A stretch of DNA of 64,000 bases from Monocercomonoides exilis PA203 (taxonomy: Eukaryota; Protista; Preaxostyla): NCBI GenBank assembly GCA_001643675.2, contig LSRY02000003.1, forward strand, positions 1,860,001 to 1,924,000, given 5' to 3'. The position numbers and the translations under genes were made by a program. Position 1 is the stretch's first letter. Every line of letters begins with the position of its first letter. A model generated the notes under the pieces. The model saw only the letters and a list, made by a program, of their open reading frames with translations. It was not told the origin of the DNA and made no database searches. Positions 23,740 to 38,600 of the stretch are shown here, piece by piece.

Positions 23740-25630
23740 AACATTGAAGAGATGACCCAAGAGAAATGACTTGAAGAAAATTGGATGAATGATTTGAAAT
23801 ACAAAAATTGAAAAGAAAAATGTTTCAAAAAAAGGATGGTGATGTAATATTTTCTTCTGGAGAATGCTGTCATCTCCTTTGAAAATTGAAGAAGAGGAGT
23901 GAGTAACACATGATGAGGATAATGAGAAGGAAGAGTAAGAAGAGGGAGAAGATGAAGAAGATGAAGAAGATAAGGAAGAAGAAGAAGAAGAAGAGTACGA
24001 TGATGAAGCAGAAGAAGAAGACTGCATGTTGTTTCTTGAAGGCACGCTGAATGAAGGGAGAGAAGAAGAAGACGAAGGAAGAGAAGAAGGAGGCAAGAAG
24101 AGCTGTTCAGACAAGACAGAAGGAGGAGGCATTGGTTATGTTTGTTGGAAGAAGCTCGCTTTTCTCTTTGGAGGAGGAACAAAAGAAGAAGAAGAAGAGT
24201 AGAAGGAGAAAAACGAGAAGAAGGAGAAGAGGGAGAAGAGGGAGAAGAGGGAGAAGAAGGAGAAGATGCAGAAGATGGAGATGAGGAATAAAAATAAAAC
24301 GGTAAAGAGGATGAAGATGGAGAAGAAGTAGATTGTAATGTTGTTGAAGAGGAGACAGAAGTATTTGAAGTGTTTGCATTTTGTGTGGCGGGTGTTTGGG
24401 TGAATGTGGAAGAAGGAAGATATGAAGATTGAGTTGTTGGTGAAAGAGGAGGAGAAATGGAAGAGGAAGAGGAATAGGAAGAAGAAGAAGAAGAAGAAGA
24501 AAAATAGAAGATGTTAGCTTTTCCAAGACATGTTTGGCGATAGAAAAAACTGAATGTGTTCTGAATGCGAATGACCAGCCTAATCATCATCCCCTGCAAA
24601 AGAGTTTCTTCTGTCAAACACTCTCAACAAATATACCAAGCAAACCACTTTTCTCTTTCTTGCAAACTCATGTTAAACATTGATTGGCTATGCATCATAC
24701 AAAACATATGGCAGAAGAAAGGAATATCTTCATTGAATGAAATCCAAACAAGAATAATCTCTAAACTTCTGGTTCTTTTGCAAAAGATTCCAGAGCTTCC
24801 CTCTCTTTGTGGTATTCATGTTCATGGCCAATCTGTATTCATTCAAAGAGCACTTAAAAGAAAAATGAATGAAATGAAAAGAGTCAAACCATTTTTATAT
24901 CCTTGAAATATTTTCCCATCTCCAATGCACTCGAAATAATCAGCCCAGTAAGTTTTCTTGTTCTCCAAAATTGCCTCTCGCCACATAAAAAAAACAGACA
25001 ACCGGACAATAAATGACTGATATAGAACGTCATCGAACGCAGAGAATCCATTGTGAAGCTGGCCATGATATCAGATGAAAACAGATATCCTCCATATTAA
25101 CTCCCTTTCAAAAACTTATTCAATGTTAAGTCTTTGCTGATAGCATACCAGCATGCTTAGTGCAAAATTCAAATGCGATTGTTATTGAGGCCTGCTGAGT
25201 GTCTCGCTCTGTTCGCTTCCTCCATTGTTCAATCCCCCAATTCCCTTTCTTTTTTCATGAAACCAACCTTCCCCCCCAAAAAAACTATGCAGAACAAGTC
25301 CTGTGCAAAAGATATGCCAAGGACACAGCATTTCCCTCGAATTGAACAAGCGGTTCAATACAATCTTTCTGATATTCTGCTCGCTTTTTCTGCATCTTGC
25401 TTAAGTTATTTTTCATTCAAAATATCGCGGCCAGCATTGCGCCATATGTTTTGTAATATATGGCTAAGTTCAAATCTCATACAATTTTCCTCCACCAATT
25501 CACTTTTCGCAAGAAATCGATGAAAACAGCCACTCGTTCCTCCATCTGTATGCAAGCACCTTGTTCTTCTGCATTGCTATAACTTGCATGTGCGCATCTG
25601 TGGCTGTGCGCCTTAGCAGCTCAAACATGT
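23740..25630 (-). pseudogene. Degenerate gene fragments with poly-Ser tracts
   Basis: Short protein-like minus-strand frames with many stops; no recognisable domain. Confidence 0.3.
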
Positions 25631-26050
25631 TCTGGCTGCAGCAAATCACCAATCAAAAATCATCACTTATAAAATTATAGGTTTGTCACCCTTATTAATT
25701 TACTGCAACAAAAGAATATTTTTTAATATTAAGATTTGTTTGTTCTGATGCAAAATTAATAGATGGCAAAAGAGGTTTCGAATCCTTTGTTATTTAAATA
25801 TTTATGATTTTGGGTTTTTAATTTTTATTATGCGAATGTTCAACGAATATTTCGAAAATGAAATTATTAACTGTTATAAAATAATGTTGCGATTTCGCAG
25901 TTTCTTTAAAACAAAATAATATTTCTGGGTTTGCAACGTTTATTAAGAAATTGTTGGTTTAAAAAATGAATGAAAATTTTTTCTCTTTTGATTTTTTCAC
26001 TTTTTTGAGAGAAACTTTCCAATAGGAATAATTCACTGGAGCAGAGAAGA

Positions 26051-27320
26051 AATGAAAAATAGAGGAAATGAATGAAATAGTTGATTTGATGAATTTTAAT
26101 GGACTCGAATCCATTATCAACGAAGAAACATTCAACAAAATGGACAAATTGATTGAAGAAAAGAAACTGTCTTTGGAGAATGTCATTTTGTTACTGAAGC
26201 ATATAGGATATCACAATGTGCTGAAAAGTATTTATCTTTATGGATTAAGAAGATCTTCGTTGAGTGATAGATTAAAAAAGATGATTATCGATGAACATAA
26301 GAAAAAAGGGGAAAAAAGTGAAAATAATTATTCAGATTTTTGTGAATGTTATATGTCCTTTCGTTACATCTTCAAAACTGAAATGCTTCACATTTGTGTG
26401 CGATGCGATCTGAAAGTCACATTAAAGAAAGAAGAAGGGGAGGAGATTCAAAAGGATGTGGAAATGGCTTTATTGACTTTTAGGAACATTGATAATTATT
26501 ACGTGTGTGCAAGTCTATATTATTTTTTTCATTATTGATTTATTTCATGTTTTTATTCGGTTGTGATTGAAGAGCTTAATATGAAGTGAATGACGGAAAT
26601 TTTGAAATTTGATCAGAAATATTCCAACCTGACTCAACTCACCTATTTGTCTGCTTGGGTTTTTTGTTACACAGATTTTTCAACGACAAAAGCTTTCATG
26701 AAGTTAGCACAAATGAATTGCATTTTGCGAGAGAAGCAAGAAGAGAAATCGAAGATCTGTCAAAGTGTGTGGATTGGAAGAAAAAAGAGGAAATGAACAA
26801 AGAAGAAACGAAAGAAGAGGTTATTTTGACAAGATGGATTGAAACATTCGCGATTTATTTTCAAAGTTGTCGAGTGAAGAATGAAGAATCTATTGGGATC
26901 ATCAACAGCATTGTACTGATATATGGAGCAGCGAAGGATAATCACAGAGAAATTGGCCTCTGGTGCATTTCCTCCTTGAGAAAAGCAGCAGAAAATGGAT
27001 TTGTGGAAGTTAAAGACTTGTTGAAAGGTGGAGAAGTAGATGCTGTTTTGGAGGAGATGCAGCGACCAACATTGGATTACAAGATGGCATATGAATGCTT
27101 AACATTTTTTTCAGAAATTTTATTGGAGATTTAAAGTTAAGGAGAAAGATGAAATGGAAGAGGTGAAAAGAGAAGAGCTGAAAAGAAGAATATTAGAGAA
27201 GATGAAAGAAGAAGGATACGAAGATATCACCACAAGTTTTCATGAAGCTGAAGGGTTTTTTTGAAGTTATTATGATTGTGGTTTATCGTTGAATGTTTGT
27301 GATTATTTTGAAAATATCTG
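26051..27320 (+). pseudogene. Frameshifted member of the same expanded helical family as 12640-16043
   Basis: NELHFAREARREIEDLSKCVDWKKK matches NDLHLAREAARELEDLTRCIDWKKK; split over ORFs 26068-26538, 26590-26796 and 26655-27134. Confidence 0.75.
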
Positions 27321-28333
27321 AAGAAATCAGATGCATTTCACTTTGTAACTCAAAAATCAGCAGAGCTGGGAAATAATTAACCTGTTTTCCTAATTCTCCA
27401 TTATTTTGAAATGACAATTTCAGATTTGAAAGCAGAGATGCTTATAATTGAAAGAGTTTTGTATTTTTTTGTTGTTTCTTAGTTGCTTTTGTGAAAATTT
27501 TTTCGTTTTATTTTCTTATTTTATTCTTTCTCAAAATTAATAAAAAAATACAACAAATTTGATTCTTTTCCTGTTGATTTGACTTATTTCTTATTATAAA
27601 TTATAAACTTTCAAACAAATGTTCATCTTTCTTGAAAAGCATTGGTATTCTTTGAAAAAGCACTTTTATCTTATTTTGCACATTTGAATTCCTTTGTTTC
27701 CAGAACAAATGAGTTTTCTGCACGAAATATCATTAAAAAAAGATCAAGTGAATGTTAATGCAGATGAATTATAAATACACAAAATTATATGGATAATCAT
27801 TTATCAATAATAATTCTCCATAAAAACCGTGACAAATGAAACGGCACAGCCCAATGATGCAATCTTCGTATCCTTCTTCCATCTAGTTAAACATTTTCCT
27901 TTTCAGCTCTTTCCTTCTTTCTTCTTCTTCCTCTTCTTCTTCTTCTTCATTCTTTTCTTTCAATCTTTCCAAAACTTTCACAAAAATTTCCACACATTCT
28001 TGTGCCATTTCTTCGTTCATAGTTGTTCTCTGAATCTCCATCAAAATATCTCAACTGCTCCATTTTACGAAAAGTTCTCCATCATTAAAGCAATATTATC
28101 TTCCTCCGCTTCAAATGAAATTGTGCATTTCTTCTTTCCTTCTCCGTAATCACAACTAGATGCCAGATAAAAATGAACAACGCTGTTAATAAGCAAAGCG
28201 GATTCTTCGCTCTACGATTTATGTTATAAAAAGCATTATAAATTCTTGTTTTATCCAAAGCACATTAAAGTGTGAAGAAAGTTTTTTTCGAAAAATAAAC
28301 AAAAATTTCAAACCTGTTAAAAACAAGAAAATG

Positions 28334-28483
28334 TTATGGGATAGATCAAAAGAAAAATTGAAAATTATTAAAAACACTTTTTCGACAGAAATAACTAATT
28401 TTAAATACATTAATATTCCATTTTGTTTCGTTATAAATATAAAAAAATTTTTTTATCCATGGTCCATATACTTGTAACTTGCC
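28334..28483. mobile_element. Orphan right-hand TIR related to the element B TIR
   Basis: Ends GGTCCATATACTTGTAACTTGCC versus GGTCCATATACTTGGAACTTGCC at 22902; alignable back to ATGGGATAGATCAAA. Confidence 0.8.
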
Positions 28484-31400
28484 AAGAATTCTTCATCCTC
28501 TTCTTTTTCTGTTTCACTGCTGAGTGTTCCAACTACCGCACTCGGCAGAACACTCAAAAGAAGCAACGGGTGAAAAGCGCTTGCTGCATTCAAGCAAACA
28601 ATCTGAATGAAAGTACACACAGGCTAAAGGATCGCTCCATCAAAGATCAAATCAGAAGTGCTGGGGATGACAAGCAATCCTAACGGAAGCAGCGATAACA
28701 ACAATAACATCAACAATAGTGACAGCTACAGAAAGAAGAAGCTGTTGCATGTGGGGATGGAGCAAGTGCAGCTGAATATTACATGCGGAAGGCTACTGAA
28801 GATGAAGAGGAAGCGAATGATGACTGCAATGGGGTTAAGTCAGCAGGGGAAGAAAAGCGAAGGATGAACAAATGCATATGCGACAGAGCAGAATTCGAGG
28901 TGTTTGGAGTCAGCTGCTGCGGCATTGGAGAGTTAGAGGAAGCTTGGAAACAAAGAGAAAGTGAAAAAATATGAGAAGGGTTAAAGGAGAAAGGAGAAAG
29001 AGAAAGAGAAGGGAAGAATAATTTATGTGTTTAAAGAGCGACCATGAGATGAGTTGGAGTTTGGAAGCCAAAAAGGAGAAAAGAGGAGAGTGAAAGAGTG
29101 TGAAAGGGAAAGGAAAAGCGAAAAAAAAGCATTCCGATCAAAGACAAGTCCGACGATGGGTTCAGAAGCTGTGCTGAGTGAGCTGCTTTCGAGAGAGCTA
29201 GAGCTGCTATGTGTGGCAAACTGCAGCATCGCATTTGACTCTTCTGAGTCTGACACGAGTGAGACAAGTGGAAAAAGTGAATGAAACACCGATAAGAATG
29301 AATATGACGAGGAAGTGGATGATGATGATGATGATGAGGAGAAAGAAGAGAATGATAAGGATAAAGAAGAGGGGGAAGAAGAAGATTTGAAGTTGCACAG
29401 GATTCTCAGTACAAAGATATCTTTGACAAGCATTCAAGCCAACCGGCAGATATTCAAAAAGTACAGATCTGTTTTTGAATATGAAACAACAGCCACATTC
29501 AACTCAGGAAAAATAAGAGAAAACAGCTCTGTCGAAACAACATTTAATTCAGTTGAGATGAAGGAGAGACTGAAGAAGGAGGCAGTTACGAAGTTGAAAA
29601 TGAACATACTGAAGCTGACACATGGAAGGATCATTCCGACAATCAAGCCAGCTGACCTTCTGCTGCCGACTAATCTTGTTCAGGAAGAGGAAATCAAGTC
29701 AAAGACGCAAAAAAGAAAGATGTGGCTGAGAGGGAAAGGGAAGAACATGTTCTATTTGATTCGAAACGAAGAGAGGAGAGAGAGAATAAGCGGAGAAGGT
29801 GCAGCTGACACTGATGAAGCAAAAGAAGATAGCGAGAATGATGATAGTGATGATGATAACAGTGACGTTAGTGATGACGAAGACAGTTTGGATATATCAC
29901 GATCTGCTGACACATCAAATGCCGATGAGACAGACAAGACGACAGAAAGAGAAGAAGACTCATACACACGCCCTGCCCTGCGCTTCCCTCACATACAGCC
30001 AAAGATGCTTTCATAGGAATCTCAAAAGAGCAATCATAAGAAGTCTCATTTCACTTTCTCACTCACCTCAACCATCGTCTGCGGAGAGCTCAGTCCAACC
30101 CATCTGCAGTTCACCTTTCTTTCAGCCAAGTCCACAAAGGAAAATGGAGAGAAAGAAGAAGACGAGAACTCAATTGGCTCAGAAGGCAGCAGAGAAGCCA
30201 GACAGCACCTTCCAGAAGACACAGCAATCACAGTTTGGCTGCTGTTTCAGTGTCACGAATTCATTCTGTCTTGTCTGATATCAGAGCAGCACTATGCAGA
30301 TCAACGCAGACACACCTCAGAATAGCTGCGGTGAACGAGTTTGTAAATGCGTCTTCTTCTTCTTCTTCTTCTTCAGCGAGTTTGCCTAGCCAGACAGGTT
30401 ACGCTAATATTAATTACAATGGAGGAGGATGTAATGGTGGAGGAGTGGATGACTTTGGGATTATCATTCTGTTTGGGAGAAAATACAGACAGAAAACAGG
30501 GCTGGAGACGCTGTTTGCGCGGTCGATGCAGCAGATAGGGCAGAAAGAATGCACTTCTTTGCTTCACTCTCTCGGAAAGGCGCTATCCCATCTTTTCAAC
30601 CAGCTCGGGTCACCTCAGCTTCCAAAGCCTTCTTCGATTCCATCATCTCACGCCGGTAAAACAGGGGGAATATTGGAGAATGATGCGAACTAGTTTCTGA
30701 ATCTGCTGTGTGGCTCGAGGCTGTTCGGCTTGGGAGGAGAAGATGTTGTGAGAGATGCACAACTGGTGGTGAGCATGAGAAAGGAGATAAGTTTGTGGAG
30801 AGGAGAAGGAAGTGCAGCTGTGGAAGGAGTGTACGAGGCGAGAGACACAGCTGAGCTGTTCTGCGAAGAGAGGTGAATCGACAGCAACGAGTTTGAAGTG
30901 CATAAAAGGATCAATAGAAAGAATGATAATGGCTTCTCTTTAGATTCAATTGACAATGAAACATTTGCAGTCAATACGAATATAATGAGACCTGCTTTTG
31001 TTTGCCTCGTCTGTCTTTTTCGAAGACCAACAACTTCTGCTATCTGCCTCAGAAAATGTAATTTTTGTTCCTCCTCAAAGAACAGCATGCGTCCCATTCA
31101 TCGGAGAAACTCTGATCGAACTGACAAATCCATCTATTCAGTTTGCTCAGCAGCGCATTGAACTGCTACAGAAAAAAGAGAATCATTCGATTCTGCCTTC
31201 TTCTCTCAAATTTTCATGGGTGCCTCTTGTCTACGTGTACCCTCTCACGCTTTCTTATCCTCTAACTTCAATTATCCGTACTCTGCCTTCTAAGCTGCTT
31301 TCAGCATCTTTCACTCCATCTTCAGTTTTCTCCATCCCTTCTCTATTCATATTTTTATGTCACTTCTTTTTCAATTTCTCAATCCATGTTATCCTTCAGC

Positions 31401-32510
31401 ACAACACCTGCCATCATCTCAATTTCCACGCAGCCCCTCGTCCCTTATGCAGCGTAGTCCAATCGCCTGCTGCTTCGTTTGCCGGTATCACTAACTGCAC
31501 TCAATGCTATTGCCATCACTGCTCACCGCCTGATGGTGAAGAAGGACTTGCTCCACAAAATATCAGCCCTTCACAATACACACTATGACCAGATACTTTC
31601 TTCTTCTCCTTCGATGTCCATTTCTGCCTCTCTTATTCAGCAATTGAAGGTTGTTGGCGCTGCGTTATCACAACAATCCACACCTTCCGCTTTTGCTTCT
31701 GTTCGGCAAACATCTGAGTTACAGTCGACTTCATTGGTATCAAATGTTGCAATAAACGCACAGGATATGTATGGATCTTCAACGTTGCTGCTGATGGAGC
31801 TAATACAACTTCTGTTGGTAATGCGATGAGTGCATCAGGAACAGCAAGTAGAAAAGGAGGAGAACTTCCTTGTCAGATGAAGATAGTCCAATTCTCAACT
31901 ATTCTTCCACATAAGCTGCAGACAAGCATCACCTCCTCTCAGTTACATCTCTCTTCTCTTTCTACATCTCCTTCTCCTTCTCCATCTTCTCCGTCATTCA
32001 CATCAAATTATTCTCCATCTTCAATTTATATTCCTTTTCCTTCGACTCATTCTCTTCCACTTCAGCATCGTCAACAAACATTTCCTTCACTTTCTTCTCA
32101 ATTTGATCTTTTTCTTCTTTTTTTCTACCAGTCATCTGAAGAAATTCCTAAGAATTCTGCGATGCGGAGTCTTTTTTCTTTGTAGACTTCCTCATTTAAA
32201 AAAGGATGCTCTTTCATCTTTTCCTGCAACTTTCGTCCCTGTTCTGCTTATGTCAATGCGGCAATCTTCTTCTTCTTCTTCTCCTTCTTCTTCTTCCTCT
32301 CCTTTTCCTTCTTCTTCTTCTTCTTCTTCTTCTCTTTCTTCTTCTTCTCCTCTTCCTCTTTCAAATTCAAATGCAAATATCAAATCGAAAATTTCTTCTT
32401 CTTCCTCTTCTTCCTCTTCTTCCTCTTCTTCCTCTTCTTCCTCTTCTTCCTCTTCTTCCTCTTCTTCATCTTCTTCGTCTTCCTCTTTTTCTTATTTTTC
32501 TACTTCTTAA
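28484..32510 (+). pseudogene. Fragmented low-complexity hypothetical gene(s)
   Basis: Run of consecutive plus-strand ORFs with acidic and Ser tracts, broken by stops and frameshifts; begins abruptly at the TIR. Confidence 0.4.
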
Positions 32511-32944
32511 TATCCAAAAACATCATTTCACACTCTTTTACCATCATCGCTCACTTCATTTGATTGGATTTCTTCATTTTTGGCATCTGAATAAGATATT
32601 TTTTTGAATATAAATAGGCATCAGCAAAAAAGAAAAACGTTGAAAATGAGAAGAAGATTGATAAGATAATGAAGAGAATGAAGATTGAGAGAAAGAAAAA
32701 CTTGTTTTGACAGAATATGATGAACGGAAATTGGTAAGTGAAAATTGCTGAGATTTTAAAAAATAAGGAAGTTAAATGGAAATGGGGAGAAGTTGGAGGA
32801 GAAGAAGATGATGAACCAGAACAGGAAACAATGTGGCAGGAAGGAATACGTAGAATGTCTAAATCATTCTATCTGTAACTATTTATTCATGACAGCCTTT
32901 AAGCACAGACACAAAGAGCGAGGAAGGGCATTGAGAGTCGGTGC

Positions 32945-34413
32945 TCAGAAGAACTCATCCGTTGTTGAAAATCCACTTATAAAAACCAGGGAACGTTCAT
33001 TCTCCTTTCCAAAGCCATGAAATGTTGAGTACGGCTGCATCTGAGCAGATGAGGTTGCTGTGCATGGAGTGGTTATTCCGTATGGCACCGCCATTGTTGG
33101 TAAGCTGGAAGCTGTTGACGTGAACACAACTTTAAATCTTGCCAAACGAGGCAGAGGTGAAGACGGAGTCATCATACTGAAGAAGCCTTTTGGCTGATTT
33201 GATTTTCAAGAAGAAGAAGAAGGGAGATTGGCCAGAGGATTGAGAAGAACAACGCTGCCCGTTACAACTGCAAGATCTGTTGCAATGAGATGCTCGAGGG
33301 AGCAGCTGGAGAAATCGTCAAACAAGAACACAAGCGAGGTAGTACTGAAAGAAGAGAGGTTGGCGTGGGAAAGAAAGAGGGAGGAAGACACATCGAGTGG
33401 TCAGCCGAGGAAGTCGAAGACTGAGGCGCAAGTGGATATGAAAGAGGAATGGAAGAAGTGGAAGCTGGAGCGCATGCAAATAATGAGAAAAACGACAACA
33501 GCAATGAAAAAATGGATACGATTCGGACAGGAACAAGACTTAACGAGACAGACGCGATTCGGATGTTGGAAAGGCAACTCTGGCTGTAGATATGGAGGAC
33601 GGCTGTGGAGAGGGAGGTTTAGGAGGCAAGCAGGGAGCCGCACTAGCAGGCAGAGGATCCTGTGCCTTGGTCGACGAATATCTGGTTGGTGCGGTTGAAG
33701 GTGATGAAGTGGAGGATGTTGATGTCGAGGCCGGGGTCGGTGTGGGAGGAGTCGGTGCCGCAGATGGAGGTGTTGGTTGCGAGAGAGGGCTGGGTGAAGT
33801 CGAGGGAAAAGAGGGACTCGTTGATCTGGGCGAGGATGGAGGAGCACCGGAGAAAGAGGTCCTTTCCTCGGAAGGCGTCGTTGAGGGCGAAGCGGACGTT
33901 GAGGATGGAGAGGGTGATGGGAGGAACGCCAGCAGGACGGGAGTAGTTGTTAAAGAGGCTTCTGCCCTCGGCCGACTCTTCGCTCACGCAGCTGGTGAGC
34001 ACACACGCCTCGGCAGCGCAGTCAATGGCACATCTCTTTTCCACACGCACCAGAGCTGGCTATTTGCTTGTGCGCACGATGTATGTGAAATTGGCAGAAT
34101 CCAGAACGATTGCTATTCTGGTATCTGGAGCAGCCAAGCCAGCCAAACCAGCCAGAGTGGGCGGACAGATGGCCACAATGTGAGTGCAAGCGAGCAAAGA
34201 GGAGAAGATTGAGAGGGATGTGAATGTCGCAGAAGTTGATAAAGGAGCGATGGTGAGAAAAGGGAGCGACAATGACATGGAGGCGAGGGCGCAGTGGTCG
34301 AGAGACATATTCCCTTCTGGTACACGCACGATATCAAATACAAGTGGAGTTTGTGGAGTTAGCATGGAAAACAAGAAGCCAGACAGCAGTAGAGCATCTG
34401 AGGAGGAAGGCAT
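32945..34413 (-). pseudogene. Frameshifted fragment of the beta-helix-repeat surface protein family
   Basis: ORFs 34060-34413, 33643-34050, 33206-33391 and 32945-33175 contain N.A.RGKDLF and LSLSFVLLNAFL-type motifs seen in the family. Confidence 0.6.
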
Positions 34414-35643
34414 TCAGAAGAATTAAAAAGACGAGGAAGAGGATGAAAGACAGAGAGAGAGAAAGATTAAAAAAAAAGCAAGTGAACATTTTCGTTTGAT
34501 GGAAGCTTTTTTTGTGCAAAAAATTTAATTTCACAAATTGTGTTGTTCTATTTTTAAAACAGTGATTTTTTTTGTTTTTCATTTATCACTTCTTTTGATG
34601 AATAATCCATAAAAGTCCTTTTTTGAATTATTTGTTTTTAAATCGATTAAACGACAAACTGTAAATTTCTTGTTAAATATCTTGCATAACTATCATATTT
34701 GTGTTTTTGTATTTTTGTTAATTGTTTGTTTTCAACAAATTTTTTGGATCTTCGACATCTATTTAAAAAATTTTTTTTCAAAAATATTATTAAACAGTTT
34801 TTTGTTTAAGAAATTGATTAATTATGTTGTGTAATTATTGTTATCATGTTTTTAAAACCAGTAAACTAAAGTTTTGTTCTGTTTGTTGAATTTTCGAAAT
34901 TTTCAAATGCTTTTCAATGTTTTTTTCAAAATATGAAATAAAAAGCAATTGGAAACAAATTGAAATCAACAAATAATTAATAATTATTATATTTTTTGCA
35001 TAGCATCTATATGTATATTTACTTTTATTTTTCTTTTCAACCCCACCCTTAATGAAAAAAATTTATGATCAAACTTCGTAAATTTTTATGGTATCAAAAA
35101 AAATCACCCATATTATCACGAAAAGAATATAAAAACCCCGCCATAAAAAATAACTTAAATGAATGATTAAGTTCTCGAACAAATTGTGTTTAATCGAATA
35201 AACTGCCAATAATTGAAAAAAATGATTTTTATTCATGTAAACACTCTTTGTTCGAATCAAACTGTTTTATTCAGCTTTCATCCAATGTTTAATGATTGTT
35301 TTTCGATTTTTCATTATTCTTTTTTTCCAAAATTTATATATAATTCGGAAATCGAATTATTGTTTTTAGAATTTGAATTATTTTTTGTTCAATGAATTTC
35401 AATAAAGTTTAATTGTTTTGATTATAAAAAAACATTCTCATAGAAATTTTATACTTCAAAAATTTGTTCTTTTAATGATTTTTCATAAAAAAAATCATTC
35501 GGAATTAGCTAAAAAGAATTTGAATTCAAATGAAAAAAGCTTGTTTTAATCTCAAACTATGATGAAATTTTTTGTAAATTGGATTCAATCACTAAATATC
35601 AGCTGCATTTTCTTATAAAGCAAAAATAAATTTGTATTTCACA

Positions 35644-38600
35644 CTATTGTTCATCAATTTCAGTTATTTCCACTAATGATTGAATAACTTCTCCCAAAGT
35701 GGGCCTTTCCTTCGGCTCATCTGCCCACATCTTCTCCATCAGCTCAATCAACTCTTCTCCTTCGATTCCTTCTGTCAGCGGTCGCACTCCATCCCTCATC
35801 ATTTCCTGTGCTTCTTCTGCATCACACTCACTCAAAGGAACTTCGCCAGTTGTCATTTCATGAAGAATCAGTCCAAGCGTGAAAACAACTCTCTTTTCAA
35901 TTCCCTCATCTTCGTTTCCCACTTCTGGTGCCTTCCATCGCTTCATTTCTTCCTTTTCCTTTACATCCTCCAATTCCTCTGTCAAAACAAATATTTCATT
36001 ATTTCCTTCTTCGACAAAGATTGAATACGGACACAGCTGCCTCGCCATCATTTCCATTCTTTCGTCTACAACTGAAATCAAATGCTCAAACAGCTCTGCC
36101 ACTACTTTTACCACCTGCTTCCCATCAACAACATCCATTGCTCTTGTTCCAAGTGTGAAATCTCCTTGCACTGAATGAATCACCGAATGTAATGTTTTGA
36201 TGTTCTTTTTCTCCTTCTCTCTGAATGGCTTCTTTGTTGAAATCACATTGAATGAATGAGATTGTTGAACATCAGAAACAGAATCATTCTCGGAAAATGG
36301 GAATGGAGATTCCAAATCTGGAAGATCATTTTCATTCAGGATGTCATCGGACATTGAAGGAGGCTCTGGAAGATCTTCTTCATCGTTGTCAATGAGAAGT
36401 GGAATTTGGCTCGTCATCCCTTCCAGCAATGTTGATGGCATTTCACTCATCTCAATACATCCCCCATTGTTTTCCCTTCTTCTCTCAATCTTCTCCATTA
36501 TTTGTTTTGCTTCTGAATCTGCTGCCTCTGCTTTCCTTTCTGCTTCCCTCAATTTCCTTCGCATAAGCACAATAACCACAACAATTACGAACAACAGAAT
36601 AATAACAACTGCAACACAGCCAATAAAGGCAAATAAACTCCATTCAATTTTAATCTCCCCTTTTGAGATAATTTCATCATCTTTTGGTGGAGTTACGCTA
36701 GAATTCTTCAGAATAAATGGATTTGTTGATGAAGGATAATCATTAACTCCGAATAAAATATGCACACTCACTTCTATTTCATTTCCACATCCGCTGATTA
36801 GATCTTTCGCAACGCTTCCTTCAGCTTCTTTCTCTGATAAAAACCCATTTGAATCAAAATCATATTTTTCGATTTCTTTCTCTTCACCTTTCCTCTTCAC
36901 AAGTGAGAATGACAGATTGCATGGAACAAGAAGCATCCCTTTGAATGTCAATTTCATTCGACTTGCCTCTTCTTTTGTTTCTACACTCTCCAGAACTGGA
37001 ATGAAGAACGATGAATCCCTCTCAGAGACAATCCCTTCAAAACCGCATCCCTCATTCAACATCCAAAGTGATGTGTTTGGCAAAACTCCATCTCCTCCTT
37101 TCAAACTCATCACATTCAATGTTCCTGAATCTGAACAAATAACATTCCTTCTCAATGATGGATACGTTTCAATCGATGGATTGTTGTCAATGAATTCTCC
37201 TTTCTCAATAATCACATTTCCTCCTCTCATTGTTATTCCACCTTCTGGTGAATTTGTGATTGTTGAAACTTTCATCACCATGGAACTCTTCACAACATCC
37301 ACAAGAGATCCATCCCATCTGCACATCTCTTCTTCAATATTCAACTGCTTCTCATTTCTTTCCTTTAAACTTCCATCAAAAATGCAACTATCCATTTTCA
37401 CATCCAAACAATTCTCCAATTTCATCAATTTCCCTTTTTTGGTCTTTGAACTGACTTCACCTATTGTGCAATTTGCTAATTGCATTGTCTTTTTCATTGA
37501 CAAGCAAGATATCAGTGATTCTTCATTTCCTTCAGCTGTTATATTTTCTGTATTGAAATCCTTAATTGTTAATTGTCCGCATTCATTAATATCTATCAAA
37601 GATGTTTCAACCGTTATATTTGATACCTCAAACAAATAAATAACTGATGGAAGTGGAGATGAAAGATACAATGCAGATTCATGAAGAATGAGATTTGATA
37701 TTGCACATCCATCAAGTTGTAATTCTCCTTTATCCATTTTAATAATGTTAAATGGAATATTTGCATTCACAATATTTCCATCTTCATTCGATAGTTTTGA
37801 CGAAAAAGAACAATTCATGATTTCAAGAATCCCTCCCTCCGGTGATATTAATGATTCATGCGAAGAGATGAAATTTGGATCAAACACAAAGTTCACTCTC
37901 AACAATGAAACTGTTCCAGTTGTTGCCATCAATGCCCCTCTTGTTTCTCTAATATCTGTTTCCACTTCAACTTCACACATTTCTCTGCTCTTTGAACTCA
38001 AACTCATTTCTTCCAAATTTATCTCTTCACCAATCACACTGTTGGTGTCAACATACAACAGACTCACATATTCCGAAGTCAGATGCATTAGTCCATGATT
38101 AATTGAATCACAAGGAAGATCGTTTGTTCCACATTGTCTATCATTAGAACCATTCGTACCACTCACAACAATTGTGTCACTCTGATGAATCGTCACAAAT
38201 CTAATAAGATCTGTGTTAACTGTATACTGGCATTCATCAATTCCATATATCGCATTTATTCGTGAATAATGATTTTCTCGAAGATCAAACCGAAATTGGG
38301 TTTCATTGATCTGAGATGTGATGTTATAACATTCAATGAAAATATCTTTTCCAACACTTGCACCGTTGTCACTGAATTTCATTCCCACAAATGAAAAATT
38401 CAAATCTCCTCTTTCCTTTGTTACTAGATACACCCCTCCTCCTTTCCCCGAACTAATACTGCAATTGCAATTTGTGATTTTGGAGTCAATCATATTCATT
38501 GATCCAGACGATCCCAATGTGAAGAATATCGCCCCTCCTTTTTCACTATTTTCTGCCTTATCTTCTGTGATGTTGCTCTCCTTTACAACCAAACAAATCT

